Shown here: in pieces, positions 12,597 to 23,520 of the stretch
Layout of the letters: each line of letters starts with the position of its first letter
Numbering within the stretch: the first letter of the stretch is position 1
IMG/VR virus record: IMGVR_UViG_3300029705_000009
Strand: one strand, 5' to 3'
DNA: 64,000 nucleotides
DNA from: a virus
Taxonomy: Duplodnaviria > Caudoviricetes
The notes under the pieces: generated by a model
What the model saw: only the letters and a program-made list of their open reading frames with translations
Told to the model about the DNA's origin: nothing
Databases searched by the model: none
Position numbers and translations under genes: made by a program

Positions 12597-13081
12597 AATA
12601 CTACCTTTCCTTCTTTGAGGGACTCTTTAACATCAATAACTCTTTGATTTGAAGAACCTACCCATGGAAGGCTAGGACTTCGTTTATCTTCTTCATATCT
12701 TCCGTCTACAAGGACATCTACATAATTTAAAATCTGTTGCCTTTTGTCGCTCATTATTTCTTCATATGTATATCCTGTGTACAACCAAATTGTTTTCCCA
12801 ACACGTCGTTTGACATCTTTACATAAATTCAAAACCATATCAATGTTATCTGCGAATAACGGATCTCCCCCAGATAAAGTTAATCCGGATATATAATCCT
12901 TTTCCAATTCATTGAACATTTCGTAATAGGCTTCATCATCAAATCCTATTCCGCTTTCAGGATCCCATGTCTGAGGATTCTGACAGTCTTTGCAGTGGTG
13001 GCTACAGCCTGAGAGCCATAAAACGACTCTCAGGCCGGAACCGTTATTCATGTCTGGACAAGTTATGTTGTGATAATTCAT
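12584..13081 (-). CDS. nrdG: Anaerobic RNR activating enzyme, with its own ATG and RBS but in frame with the upstream endonuclease ORF
   Basis: GLRVVLWLSGCSHHCKDCQN (CxxxCxxC), SGGDP, DVLVDG, GSSNQRVID; AAGAGGT RBS before ATG at 13081. Confidence 0.92.
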   Translation of the reverse strand: MNYHNITCPDMNNGSGLRVVLWLSGCSHHCKDCQNPQTWDPESGIGFDDEAYYEMFNELEKDYISGLTLSGGDPLFADNIDMVLNLCKDVKRRVGKTIWLYTGYTYEEIMSDKRQQILNYVDVLVDGRYEEDKRSPSLPWVGSSNQRVIDVKESLKEGKVVLWTN

Positions 13082-13732
13082 AATTAAGCTACCTCTTTTT
13101 TTTGGAACAGTAAGTTTGTACAATTCCATCCTTAGATAATAAGGTAATTCATCCTTATATTTTTCATAAAGTTTCTTCATTGCTACATGATCATGTCTTT
13201 TATAATTGATTAAATTGTTTATTTCTTTTGGAAGCAAACAACAAGTACTTGGTGAATATACTTTATTCCCTTCATACAAAAAATCTTTATCCAGCTCTAA
13301 AGGATATTGACAGTCATATTTATTCCTGTTATACCATTCTGCAAAATTTTGAAAATTGCAAAAATCCTCAGATACAGAACATCCTATATAAGTATGTTGT
13401 TTTTCCTGGTATTTTTCATCGTAACATCTAACAAACATGCTAAACCATTTTATATATTCTTCTGTTTTTATATTATTGTTTCTAGCACTATATTTGCCAT
13501 GACCATAATATCCAACGCCATAAACTGATTTATGATATGGGTATTTTACTTGTCCCTTTTTAATGTTTTGAAGAGTAGACCAGATTTGTAAATCCGGTCT
13601 TTCTTCAAATTTAATTAGCACATTTGCTTTATCAATATAATCAATTATTTCTACGTTATATCCTTCGTTTGTAATATATTGTGATCCTATAATTTTTCTA
13701 AAATCGCTTAAAATATAATCACTTCCTATCAC
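13082..13732 (-). CDS. Free-standing HNH-like homing endonuclease domain with no stop codon before nrdG
   Basis: W..MF.RCY, YIGCSVSEDFCNFQNFAEWY, LDKDFL, YSPSTCCLLP motifs typical of phage HNH-type endonucleases; GTG start overlaps the spliced nrdD stop. Confidence 0.7.
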
Positions 13733-16207
13733 ATCGAACGCCTGTCGGCTATCTCTGAATTCTTGGCCGAATTATATCGGGTGTCTCCGTGAACTCTTGT
13801 AAATCCTAAATCCTTGATACCCTTACTTTCGTAATATTTAAAAGGGAGTGGAGTACACAATCTCATTTTACTGAGTCGAAATTATACTCTCTGAACGTCC
13901 TCCATCAGCATTATCTGTTAAGGAGTTTCGATGCGTCTGAGGAACTTCCATCCTCGGTTGCCCAATCCTAAGAATTTTTATGGTATGTGCTTACGCTACT
14001 CCGCATTCACGTTTGCCATTTCTAGCTCCGTTGTAGCTTCTTAGGCTCTAAGGGTTTTCCCGCAGTTTATTCGATTTTACATGGACTGTTTAGGCAGTCA
14101 ATCCATTCATTCTGTCAATCTTTGTGATCATCCCACTACCGCACTGAGGACATACATCCATCTCAACTTGCTGGTAACCACAATCCTCACAGTAACAAAG
14201 TGCCAAGTTAACTCCTTCATAAAAACCTTTTTCCATAGCTCTTAATACAAGAGTTCTGATTGCTTCTTTATTGTAATTAAGGTTGTATCTTACATACTGA
14301 ATCTTTCCACCGTTGAAGAAATTCCAGAATCTTTCTTCTTTATCCTGCTTCTCAATAGGAGACATTTCTTCAGATACGTGACAATGGAAACTGTTACTTA
14401 CATACGCTCTATCTGAAACATTTTCTACAATACCGTATAGTTTTCTAAACTGCTCTACCTGTAAACCACAAAGACTTTCAGCCGGCGTACCGTAAATTGC
14501 ATACAGAATATTATCTTCTACCTTAATACGGTTCGTATAATCGTTAATGTACTGCATAACTTCTAATGCAAATTCACCATCTTCTCTGATTGACTTTCCA
14601 TTGTATAATCTTTGCAATTCATTCAAAGCAGTGATGCCATAACTCATTGTCATAGGAGGCAAAATCTTTTTAATCTTTTCATCTGGATCAAGATTTCCAC
14701 CATAGAAACCACCTTCGCAATACATTACTGGATTGGTAGAAGCTTTAAGTTCTCCAATATAATCATAAGTACGCTTATGCAAATTTCTGATTAATTCAAG
14801 ATAGTAATCTAATACTTGATAAAAATCTTTGCTCTCTTTTCTAGCTTTTGCCAGAATCATAGGAAGATGTAGTGATACAACGCCAAGATTGAAACGACCT
14901 TTAAATACAGGCTTATCATTTTCGTCTGCAGGATACATACCACCTTTCTCGTACCAAGGAGAAAGGAATGCACGACAACCCATAGGACTTACTACTCTGC
15001 CATATTTCTTATACATTTCTGCAACGTATCCTTCACCAGTAAGAGATAGCCAATCAGGATACATTGTCTTACTACTACACTCAATTCCGGCATTAAATAC
15101 ATCTGCGTTAGGATACTGTTCGCTACCATCACCATGTAAATTCTTGTCATAAAGGAATACAATCTTAGGAAATAATACTGGACGCTTAAATCCTTTCTTA
15201 CCTTGTCCTTCAGAATGGACTTTCAGTAATGTAATGGCTGCCATCTTACCAAAGATATCTGTTGCCAAACCGATTGTCATTGTTACAAAAGGATAATCGC
15301 CTCTTGAAGATCCTACGGTATTAAGTTTATATTCGATACCTTGCCAACCTTGTTCAAAATCTCTTCTGACTTTTTCTATAGCATACTCATTTGCTTCTAT
15401 TCTTGAGTGTTCCATCTCTCTTTCGCAAGCATATGCATCGCTCATTCTGTCAATATGCTGTTCTGCAATACGCATATATTCGTCATAGTATTTCTTATAA
15501 CTCTTCTCTGCATATGGTGCCAAAATCTTATCTACTTCCGGTACAGTGTAACCACCATACTGCTGGGCTGCTGTGCTCAGAATAATATCTCCTATTACAT
15601 CAAATGTTACATCCAATGTATTAGGCTCGTTGTACCAAATGTTGCCCATTTCAAATCCACCACTCATGATTTCACCAACTCTGGACAGACAACAATTCAT
15701 GGTGTCAAGTCTTGCACTTCTGTCATGAACATAAATATATCCATCTTTCATTGCTTGCTTTTCATCGTGAGTTAAGAAAAACTTCTTATATAATTCACCA
15801 CTTAAAGAGTTGTAGATAAGACTTCTTTTTGTTGCTACCAATGCGCTATCTGTATTAGCATTACTCTTATCTCCAATATATCTAATGGACTGAGATTCTG
15901 AGTATACCTTATCCATCATATGTATAAAGTCTTTCTTATAATTTCTGTACTCCTTGTACATCTTTGCAACCTGTGGCTGAAGATCTTCCAGAACAGCTTC
16001 TACGATATTATGCATCTCGTAAATTTCAGTATCTTCCAAATCATTCTCTACCAACTTATCCCATACTGCTTCACAAATCTCGGAATAATCTTTATTGGTC
16101 AACTCAATCATTGCTCGTCTAGCAGCTTTGTTACACGCATTAATAATTTTTTGCTCGTTATATTCTTCTAATGTTCCGTCTTTTTTAATGATATTCAATT
16201 TTTTCAC
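13729..16207 (-). CDS. nrdD: Anaerobic ribonucleoside-triphosphate reductase, spliced: exon 1 14101..16207, exon 2 13729..13811
   Basis: ATP cone, TMNCC, MGCR, TPAESL, CxxC-CxxC; splicing restores RMNG-YLGFTRVHGDTRYNSAKNSEIADRRSM*. Confidence 0.95.
13812..14100 (-). mobile_element. Group I self-splicing intron (289 nt, no internal ORF) in nrdD
   Basis: 5' splice site after U in P1 (AUGGAUUG/CAGUCCAU with U.G pair); terminal G; P-like AAACUGCGGGAA, R-like GUUCAGAGAGUAUA, S-like UGUGUACUCC; removal restores the reading frame. Confidence 0.93.
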
Positions 16208-16209
16208 TC

Positions 16210-16455
16210 CTATTCTGTCACAATACCCAGCTCTCTTAATCTGTCAACTAACCTGTCATGTTCACCTTCAGCTTTTTCAATGACTTTCAATTCAAACTCT
16301 TCACTGAAGTCCAAACTATACATTCCCATTACAGAACTTCCGTCTATAAATAGACTTTTGTATTTCACAAACACATCTGCATTGGCCGACTGTGCTAGTT
16401 TGATAAATTCATTTACTTTTTCAAGTGTGCTAAATTTAATCTTCATTATTACCAC
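16210..16455 (-). CDS. HPr-family protein lacking His15
   Basis: VNEFIKLA...IDGSSVMGMYSLD. Confidence 0.7.
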   Translation of the reverse strand: MVIMKIKFSTLEKVNEFIKLAQSANADVFVKYKSLFIDGSSVMGMYSLDFSEEFELKVIEKAEGEHDRLVDRLRELGIVTE

Positions 16456-16881
16456 CTAATCTAAATAATATTTTTTTATATAAAGCAGCATTTCTTCCAT
16501 ATCAGCAAACACCTTAGAACACATTGCGTACTGCCAAGGATGAAGGAACTGCTCTTTTTCATTTAATCCAATAATCGGAATTCCTCTGTCGTATGCAATG
16601 GCAAGTTCTGATTGAGATCCCAAGCTATACATGTTATTGAAATTCATAATTATCAAATCAGAGGTCTTAACCTTATGTAAATCAAACAGCATCACTTCCA
16701 AATCAGAATCATATGTTGTTTGATCAAATGTATTATAATAATCTACCGGATTAATACATTTAACTTTGTAGTAGGAATCACAGTATTCCAGGGCTTCTTT
16801 AACTTCTACGCGCCATTCGTTCTGTTCTTTAAAAGTTAAACCACCCATACCTCCAGCCAAATATATTTGAAATGTTTCCAT
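16456..16881 (-). CDS. Nucleoside 2-deoxyribosyltransferase-like protein
   Basis: IYLAGGM, D....SD, SLGSQSELAIAY..GIPIIG. Confidence 0.8.
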   Translation of the reverse strand: METFQIYLAGGMGGLTFKEQNEWRVEVKEALEYCDSYYKVKCINPVDYYNTFDQTTYDSDLEVMLFDLHKVKTSDLIIMNFNNMYSLGSQSELAIAYDRGIPIIGLNEKEQFLHPWQYAMCSKVFADMEEMLLYIKKYYLD

Positions 16882-17444
16882 TACTCATCTTCCTTCCTAG
16901 CTTCAATTGCTTTTAAATAAGTTTCATAAATCAACTTACTCAACTCTTTTACATCTGTTCCATGGTCATTGCTAAAAGAGAAGTCAACGATGTTTTCTAT
17001 GCCAGAAAAATCCTCTGCATCAGCTTTTAATCTTCTTTCTGCTTCTTCAGGATTGTCTCCACGCTTTGCAAGTCTTTCTCTCAAAGTCTCTTCTTTAGCT
17101 GTAATAAGAAATGAAATAGGATGTACGTCTTGGTTTTCTATCAACGTTCTAAGACCTTCAGGGTTTAAAATAACAATGGCATCATCATTCATGTCCTTTA
17201 AAGCACTTCCGTAATACCAGGTTCCTCCAGTTGCCACATTGTAAGAAGTTGTCTCTGCAAAGAAACCTTGCAGCTTCATTCTTCGAAACTGTGATTTATC
17301 AATATAATGATAGTTGATGCCATCAACCTCGCCATTTCTCATAGGTCTAGTGGTATAACTTACTATCGGTTTTAATCCAAGCTTTGTGATCTCTTTTAAA
17401 ATAGTGTCTTTTCCAGTTGAGGTTTTTCCTAATAAAACCAACAT
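16881..17444 (-). CDS. gmk: Guanylate kinase
   Basis: GKTSTGKDT, SYTTRPMRNGEVDGINYHY, YYGS. Confidence 0.9.
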   Translation of the reverse strand: MLVLLGKTSTGKDTILKEITKLGLKPIVSYTTRPMRNGEVDGINYHYIDKSQFRRMKLQGFFAETTSYNVATGGTWYYGSALKDMNDDAIVILNPEGLRTLIENQDVHPISFLITAKEETLRERLAKRGDNPEEAERRLKADAEDFSGIENIVDFSFSNDHGTDVKELSKLIYETYLKAIEARKEDE

Positions 17445-17449
17445 GATGT

Positions 17450-18067
17450 TTATTCCTCCTTTGTGCTATAAAAATATTCATTATACAAATCATATCTTGC
17501 TTGGATATTTAACCAATTGATTTCTTTATTATTATCTTTTGCCCACTTAATAAACTTAGAAATATAACCACAACAAGAGAATTCTGGACATCCTGCTCTG
17601 TAGATACAATTTGGAACAAGAACATTTGATTCCAAGGGATGTGTTTTATGCAGTTCAATTTTGAAATCTTCTGCTAATTCAACAGCTTCATCCGTTGCTG
17701 CTCCACATAATCTTTTTCTCCATCCATCGATAACATTTTGCATATTTGCATATCCATCAAAATTTACTAATGCATCTTGAGGCTTCTTTCCTCTTGGAGT
17801 TTCATCTATTAATCGATCATCTCTCTGGCTACTAATAAATTTCTCAAATTTATGTCTGCTCCATTCTGTAGAAAGCCAATAGTAAATTGATTTCCATGAC
17901 CAATCAAACTCTAGAAGTCTAATAGGAGTATGTTCAGAAATAAGAAGCTTCTTTTTAAATGTTTCTGTGGCTTCTTTTTCTGTAAAATCCTTATTATCAG
18001 TCGTTCTACAATGATTTTTTACTCTTTTCCAATCATCGCCAATCCAATTAAATATTGTTTTACTCAT
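17450..18067 (-). CDS. thyX: Flavin-dependent thymidylate synthase (ThyX-like, phage type)
   Basis: SEHTPIR, RH...SSQR, RKRLC, PNCIYRAGCPE; located in the dNTP synthesis cluster. Confidence 0.7.
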   Translation of the reverse strand: MSKTIFNWIGDDWKRVKNHCRTTDNKDFTEKEATETFKKKLLISEHTPIRLLEFDWSWKSIYYWLSTEWSRHKFEKFISSQRDDRLIDETPRGKKPQDALVNFDGYANMQNVIDGWRKRLCGAATDEAVELAEDFKIELHKTHPLESNVLVPNCIYRAGCPEFSCCGYISKFIKWAKDNNKEINWLNIQARYDLYNEYFYSTKEE

Positions 18068-18490
18068 TTATTACTCCTCTTTTAAATGTTGATATTTTTA
18101 TTAGCATTAGCTATGCCATCTTCATAGCCTTCTCTGTATGCTTCTTTTTCTTTATTTAAGCTGCCATTACACATCATAAATACCGTCACCGAAGCTCCCA
18201 TAATACTTCCAACGAAAATTCCAATTAGTAATCCACTTGTAAAAACCATGTCTTTCGCCTCCAATCAGTATCTCTATCTACAATTAGGACACACCCATAT
18301 TTCATCAAAATAAGACGTTCCGGATTTTCCTGGTCTGATTTCACAATGAAGAACCAACGAACTTCCACAATCTGGACATCTATGTATTTCGTCTCTTACG
18401 TGTAATTCTTCTATATAATCATGGAAATAAACATAATCATTATATTTGCTCATAATCAACCATCCCTTGCATATAATTTTATTTACTTAT

Positions 18491-19099
18491 CTATTTGTTG
18501 CAAAAAACATGATTATCTATGGTTATCTGTTCTTTTTTACCTGGTTGTCCACCTCTTGAAAAGTAAACGGTATTAAATGGCAAAATATCCGTTTGACCTG
18601 TTAATACATAATGAATACTTTCATATACTTCCTCTGTTGGAGTTGCACTTGCACTATTTCTATTCTTCCATACGGCGAATTGTCCTTCTTCACTTAAAAC
18701 TCCATATAAAGTATCTGGAAAATCTTCATCATACATACGATTAAATATAACTTCTACTACTGCATCTTTACCCATATCACATTCGCCACCAGCTTCTAAC
18801 ATAACTATTCTTGCAAGCAATTCAATCTCTTCATCTGTAAGAGTAATGTTCCATCTGTTTTCATATTTATTGGAATCTTCAATAATAACTGTTTCTGGTA
18901 AATCCTTCTCGTCTTTTAGTGATACGGGATTATCGTTTGGTATATTATTTTGATTGTTTTTATTTATGCTTGTTGTATATACTTGTTCTTTTAATGACTC
19001 TGGTGTACTTTGTACGGACAAAGCACTAAATAAAAACAAAAAACATGAAATTATAAAAGTAATTGTTATCCCTAACATAAAAATAATATGTTTCTTCAT
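18491..19099 (-). CDS. Membrane-anchored cell wall hydrolase (SleB/CwlJ, Hydrolase_2)
   Basis: N-terminal TM segment; LLARIVMLEAGGE, VIFNR, FPDT, GQF, NHVF. Confidence 0.85.
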   Translation of the reverse strand: MKKHIIFMLGITITFIISCFLFLFSALSVQSTPESLKEQVYTTSINKNNQNNIPNDNPVSLKDEKDLPETVIIEDSNKYENRWNITLTDEEIELLARIVMLEAGGECDMGKDAVVEVIFNRMYDEDFPDTLYGVLSEEGQFAVWKNRNSASATPTEEVYESIHYVLTGQTDILPFNTVYFSRGGQPGKKEQITIDNHVFCNK

Positions 19100-19781
19100 A
19101 TGCGTCCTTTCAAGTGATACACATATAATAACGCAGTGTTATTTTTGTGTTAATGTATTATTTTATTTACTTACTTCTTTCATTTTTGGTTTCTTCATCT
19201 AAATGCATCCTTTTGTTTTTTGTCTTATATAAACACCAAGGACATTTATTGTATTGATATTTTCTACCATCTTCAAAATGCAAAACATTTTTCATTTCTC
19301 TGCCACACTTTGGACACATCATGTTATTAGTCCTCCTCTATTTCTTTAAAGTAGTAAACACTGTTTCTGGTATAAATTAATAAATAACCAGGAGTACTAT
19401 ACTCATCAAAATCGTCTACGCAGCTTGTTCTTGTAATATGATCTTCAACTAATTGACCATTATTGTATTTTACATATCTGAAATATAACGGTTCTCCTAC
19501 AATCGGCAAGTGCTCCAATGTAACAGTGCTATCAATTCTATTGGGATATCTTCCATCAGTACGTGTAATACCATTCTTATATGTAATGTTTTCTATGATA
19601 TATTTCATTTGTTTTCCTCTTTTACTACTGCAAACATATCATCCAAATTATTCATGATGGGATGCATTGTTTCCAACTGAAATGAATGGCTTGAACTTGA
19701 ATTGCTTTCGAATACATTTCTTCTAATTTGTCGCTTCATATATTCCTCCAAATGTCGCGTAATTTTATTTACCTATTATAT

Positions 19782-19810
19782 AAGATAACATTTGTTTATC
19801 CAAATGTCAA
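19782..19810 (-). promoter_or_regulatory. Sigma70/SigA-type promoter
   Basis: TTGACA-17 nt-TATCTT in an intergenic gap. Confidence 0.6.
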
Positions 19811-19823
19811 CATATAATTTTAT

Positions 19824-20774
19824 TCACTTATGCCAATAGCGCATTTTGTCGCACTCATGAAAATCCAAAAGCATCTTATATTTTTCTTCGCCAAATACCT
19901 TATTCCATTTTTTATGAACTTTTTGATTGTTCCAGTTAAAAGGCATCATATGATAATTTATCAGAAATAGTATTTCTAAATATTCTTCATCAGAATAATC
20001 TCTATGCAATTTAGCACTTTCCAAATTGGACAATAAATAATATGCTCCTACGTTCTCGTGCTGATAATAATGTGCTATGCCACTTTCGTCAAAAGTCTGT
20101 GTAAACAATTTACCAACATCATGAAGTGATGCTCCGGTTCCATATATAAGCCAAGCATAGTTGCTCATCGCTAAAAATTTCTTTTTAACAAAATCACTAT
20201 GTTCATATAAATCCATATTATGATGTGGATTTTTCTGATCAAACCCTTTCATCTGATTATAACAATCAGTTAAGAAATTGGAATCAACTGTTTCATTTCT
20301 AAACTTATGAATGATAATTTCTTTAAAGCCTTCTTCGTAGAATGGAACCTGGAACTTTCCACGCTGCTTATAAATAACTTCATCTGGAACAGAATGCATT
20401 CTTTCTGAAGATATGTTGTCCAGAAGACAATCTTCTATCTTCTTTGGCACAACATAAGCAATGGGATAACATTCTATTCTTCTAATGGCTTCAAAAATAG
20501 CTGTTCTGGATTTAATTGTAATATTAGTGGCATCTGCGATTACATTATGACCGGAACGAAGATTTTCTCTTATTCTTTTATGAAAAATCTTAAATACTTC
20601 TTCATTCTTACTCTGGTCCGCAACACCACCTTCACATATTTCTCCTCTAATGACGTCCGAAGAAACTATAATGCAATCTTCTGCTTCTGCTATTCGTTTT
20701 GCTATGGTTGATTTACCGGAAGCTGATAAACCAACCATAATATAAAGTTTTGGGATTTTAATGTTAGATTTCAT
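19824..20774 (-). CDS. Polynucleotide kinase (AAA_33) fused to an HD domain
   Basis: GLSASGKST, SSD.IR, DATN; C-terminal HH...H, LHDVGK, HENVGA, YHM. Confidence 0.85.
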   Translation of the reverse strand: MKSNIKIPKLYIMVGLSASGKSTIAKRIAEAEDCIIVSSDVIRGEICEGGVADQSKNEEVFKIFHKRIRENLRSGHNVIADATNITIKSRTAIFEAIRRIECYPIAYVVPKKIEDCLLDNISSERMHSVPDEVIYKQRGKFQVPFYEEGFKEIIIHKFRNETVDSNFLTDCYNQMKGFDQKNPHHNMDLYEHSDFVKKKFLAMSNYAWLIYGTGASLHDVGKLFTQTFDESGIAHYYQHENVGAYYLLSNLESAKLHRDYSDEEYLEILFLINYHMMPFNWNNQKVHKKWNKVFGEEKYKMLLDFHECDKMRYWHK

Positions 20775-21792
20775 CTTTTACCACTCTTTCGTTTACGCTT
20801 GCCACAAATTCGTTGATTGCCTTGTAATTAGGGTTGTCTGGCAGAGATGTATTGGTTTTTGCATAATCTAGCCTGTTTTCATAATAATCTACCATTTCAA
20901 AAAATTCTGGTATTGGCTGCTCATTTTTATCTAAGTATTTGCCATTACGAATATCCATTAATAAATCATGCTCTTTCGAACGATATGTAATAATTTCTTC
21001 ATTTTCCAAGATGTCTAAGCACATCATATATAAACGAATCAAATGCATCATATGTTTCGATATTTTTCCATGACTTAAGGCATTCTCATTACGTTTGCCA
21101 ATCTTGCCGTAAGCTTTTACAGTGTTCTGCAGTTCACTCCACATAGAAGCATAATCACGAAGAGGATAATGATGCAAGCTTACATCCATAAAAATCTCTG
21201 TATCATAACCTGGTTGAACTGCTTTATCAATATAAAGATTTATGCTATCTTCAGGAAATGAAGAATATTTCTTATTAAAGTCATACTTCATAAACTCTAA
21301 TGTTTTAAGAATGTGTTGCTCCAGTCCAGTTTGTGATAACTGATGTGCAGCTTTTTGATTTAAACGATAAAGCTGTTGGTTCGCATATCCTCCAAATGAG
21401 TGAACTGCTTTCTTTGATAAGAAAAGCTTTCTATGTTTAATCAATTCTTCCCCAATAGGATGTAAATACAAATAGTGCTCTGGCTTTAAACCAAGCATCT
21501 CAATTGTGTTAGGATTTGTATTTGAGAGCAATGCAACAATTTTATTAAATGAATAAATTGTCGTATCAGTCTGTTCATTAACAAATTGCTCAAAGTTCTG
21601 GTTTGTAAGAATATCTTCTTTACGATTCAAGGCTATGCCTCTACAATCCAAATCCGACTCTGGAGTATTTGTTCCATAAGCATGGGATCCTCCAAGTCCA
21701 AGGAGAATAATGTTATGTCCTAGATGCTCATTGGTTCTTAAAAAGTCATATTCAGTTGAGTTAAGTGTTGCTTTAATCTGTTCAATGTTCAT
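20764..21792 (-). CDS. Pol beta-family nucleotidyltransferase (RlaP/YcgL-like)
   Basis: GGSHAYGTNTPESDLDCRG, NPNTIEML, KHMMHLIRL. Confidence 0.85.
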   Translation of the reverse strand: MNIEQIKATLNSTEYDFLRTNEHLGHNIILLGLGGSHAYGTNTPESDLDCRGIALNRKEDILTNQNFEQFVNEQTDTTIYSFNKIVALLSNTNPNTIEMLGLKPEHYLYLHPIGEELIKHRKLFLSKKAVHSFGGYANQQLYRLNQKAAHQLSQTGLEQHILKTLEFMKYDFNKKYSSFPEDSINLYIDKAVQPGYDTEIFMDVSLHHYPLRDYASMWSELQNTVKAYGKIGKRNENALSHGKISKHMMHLIRLYMMCLDILENEEIITYRSKEHDLLMDIRNGKYLDKNEQPIPEFFEMVDYYENRLDYAKTNTSLPDNPNYKAINEFVASVNERVVKDEI

Positions 21793-22764
21793 ATCTGTTA
21801 CCTATATAATTTATTTACTTTTCATATTCGCTCAAATCAATTTCTTCCTGTTCAATCACCTTAAACCAATTTGATTTCAGTCCAATCATCTTGTGAAATT
21901 CTACTATCAAAGCAGACAATTCATCCTCTAGCCACTTAGTCTGCTCTTCTGTTACGCCTTCATATATGTAATTCTCGCAGCCAGTTTCGTCACAATATTG
22001 CTCATCTAAGTCCATAAGAATAGATTCAGAATCAACACCTGTCGGCAACGGAACAATTTCACATCTGCCTACATGAATTGTATCGATTTTAAGATTAAAC
22101 ACATCTATAGTGTTTAAAGCATCTTCTATGGCTTCTTCTTTTGATTCAAACATGCCATGTGACCATTCTTCGGTATCTGTTTCATTCCAAGACCAAATTT
22201 GATCATCTTTATAATATTCACAATCTGATTTATGATTTCCTCTTGTGAATCCGTTCATAAATGCATGATAACAAGGAAAATTACATTCCACATAGTCAGG
22301 ACATTCAAAGCAGCATACTCCATCATCTCTAACTGTACATCTAAAGTTTTTACATGCCATTTTATCACCTACAATCTAAATCCAAACATAGAAAACTCTT
22401 TTGGTTACATTTTCCCATGGCTCAAATTGTTCCGTTTCATAGTTACGCATAGGTATAAATTTGGGGAATATAATGTTGCTTAAAATTTGATAATCAATAT
22501 CTTTATCTATGATTGCACCATTATGTCTTTGCCCTCTGCAATTTTCACTTGCTATTGAAATTCTAATTCTACTCCCATTTTTTAATTCAACAAAAGATTC
22601 CCACCGATTTGTAACTATCATAATTGCATCATTTTTAAGTATAAGCTCAAAGTCTTTAATATAATCAATTACTCTTTTTATTTTCTTGCCGTTTTTAACA
22701 TATACTCCGCATTTATATCCTGGATTTGTTACACAAAAACTAAGTTGTTTTTCTAAAGCTTCTT

Positions 22765-23520
22765 TTAATTCCATGGCTTGTCCTCAGTTTTATAAGGAAA
22801 ACAAGGCATTTGCTGCATCTTGAATAAATTCCTATTATGCAAATATTCAATACGCTCCTGATGATCAACGTTTTCGATAACACCTTCACGAATGTATTTA
22901 TCTAATTCGGCATATGTAAATCCAAGATTGTCCTCGTCTGTTTTACCACAAAGACCATCGGAAGGAACTTTTTCAATTAGTTCTACCGGCAATCCTAATT
23001 CATAACCAATAGCCTTAACTTCTGTTTTAGTAAGATTTGCAAGAGGACTTACATCGCCAGCACTATCTCCGTAGCGTGTACTATATCCTACCCAATCTTC
23101 GGAAAGGTTACATGTGTTAAGAACTCTACCATTCACGCTCTGAGATACTGCGTACAAAGTAGACATACGAATACGAGGAGGTAAATTAGTTTTGGTTTGT
23201 TCTGATATTTCAAGACCAGATCTTAACAAAATAAGATTCAGCAAATCATCTACTACTTTTCCAATGTCAATTACATAATTCTTAATATCCAAAAACTCAC
23301 ATAATTTATGAGAGTACTCAATATCACTTTGAGTATTTTGTGGCATTAACACACCAATAACTCTTTCTTTCCCCAGTGCCTCTACACAAAGCGCAGCCAC
23401 TACAGAAGAATCAGTACCACCGGAAATACCAATTATAGCATTACAGTCCTGGCCATTTTCAGAGAACCAATCTCTAAGCCACTGAACTATTTCATTTTTT
23501 ACTTTCTTTGCATCAAACAT
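22765..23520 (-). CDS. nadE: NH3-dependent NAD+ synthetase
   Basis: GISGGTDSS, RIRMSTLY, GYSTRYGD, KVPSDGL, TDEDNLG; no glutaminase domain. Confidence 0.95.
   Translation of the reverse strand: MFDAKKVKNEIVQWLRDWFSENGQDCNAIIGISGGTDSSVVAALCVEALGKERVIGVLMPQNTQSDIEYSHKLCEFLDIKNYVIDIGKVVDDLLNLILLRSGLEISEQTKTNLPPRIRMSTLYAVSQSVNGRVLNTCNLSEDWVGYSTRYGDSAGDVSPLANLTKTEVKAIGYELGLPVELIEKVPSDGLCGKTDEDNLGFTYAELDKYIREGVIENVDHQERIEYLHNRNLFKMQQMPCFPYKTEDKPWN

Noticed and set aside
14090-16207. nrdD as a truncated pseudogene
   Set aside because: The missing C-terminus is present as exon 2 after a group I intron
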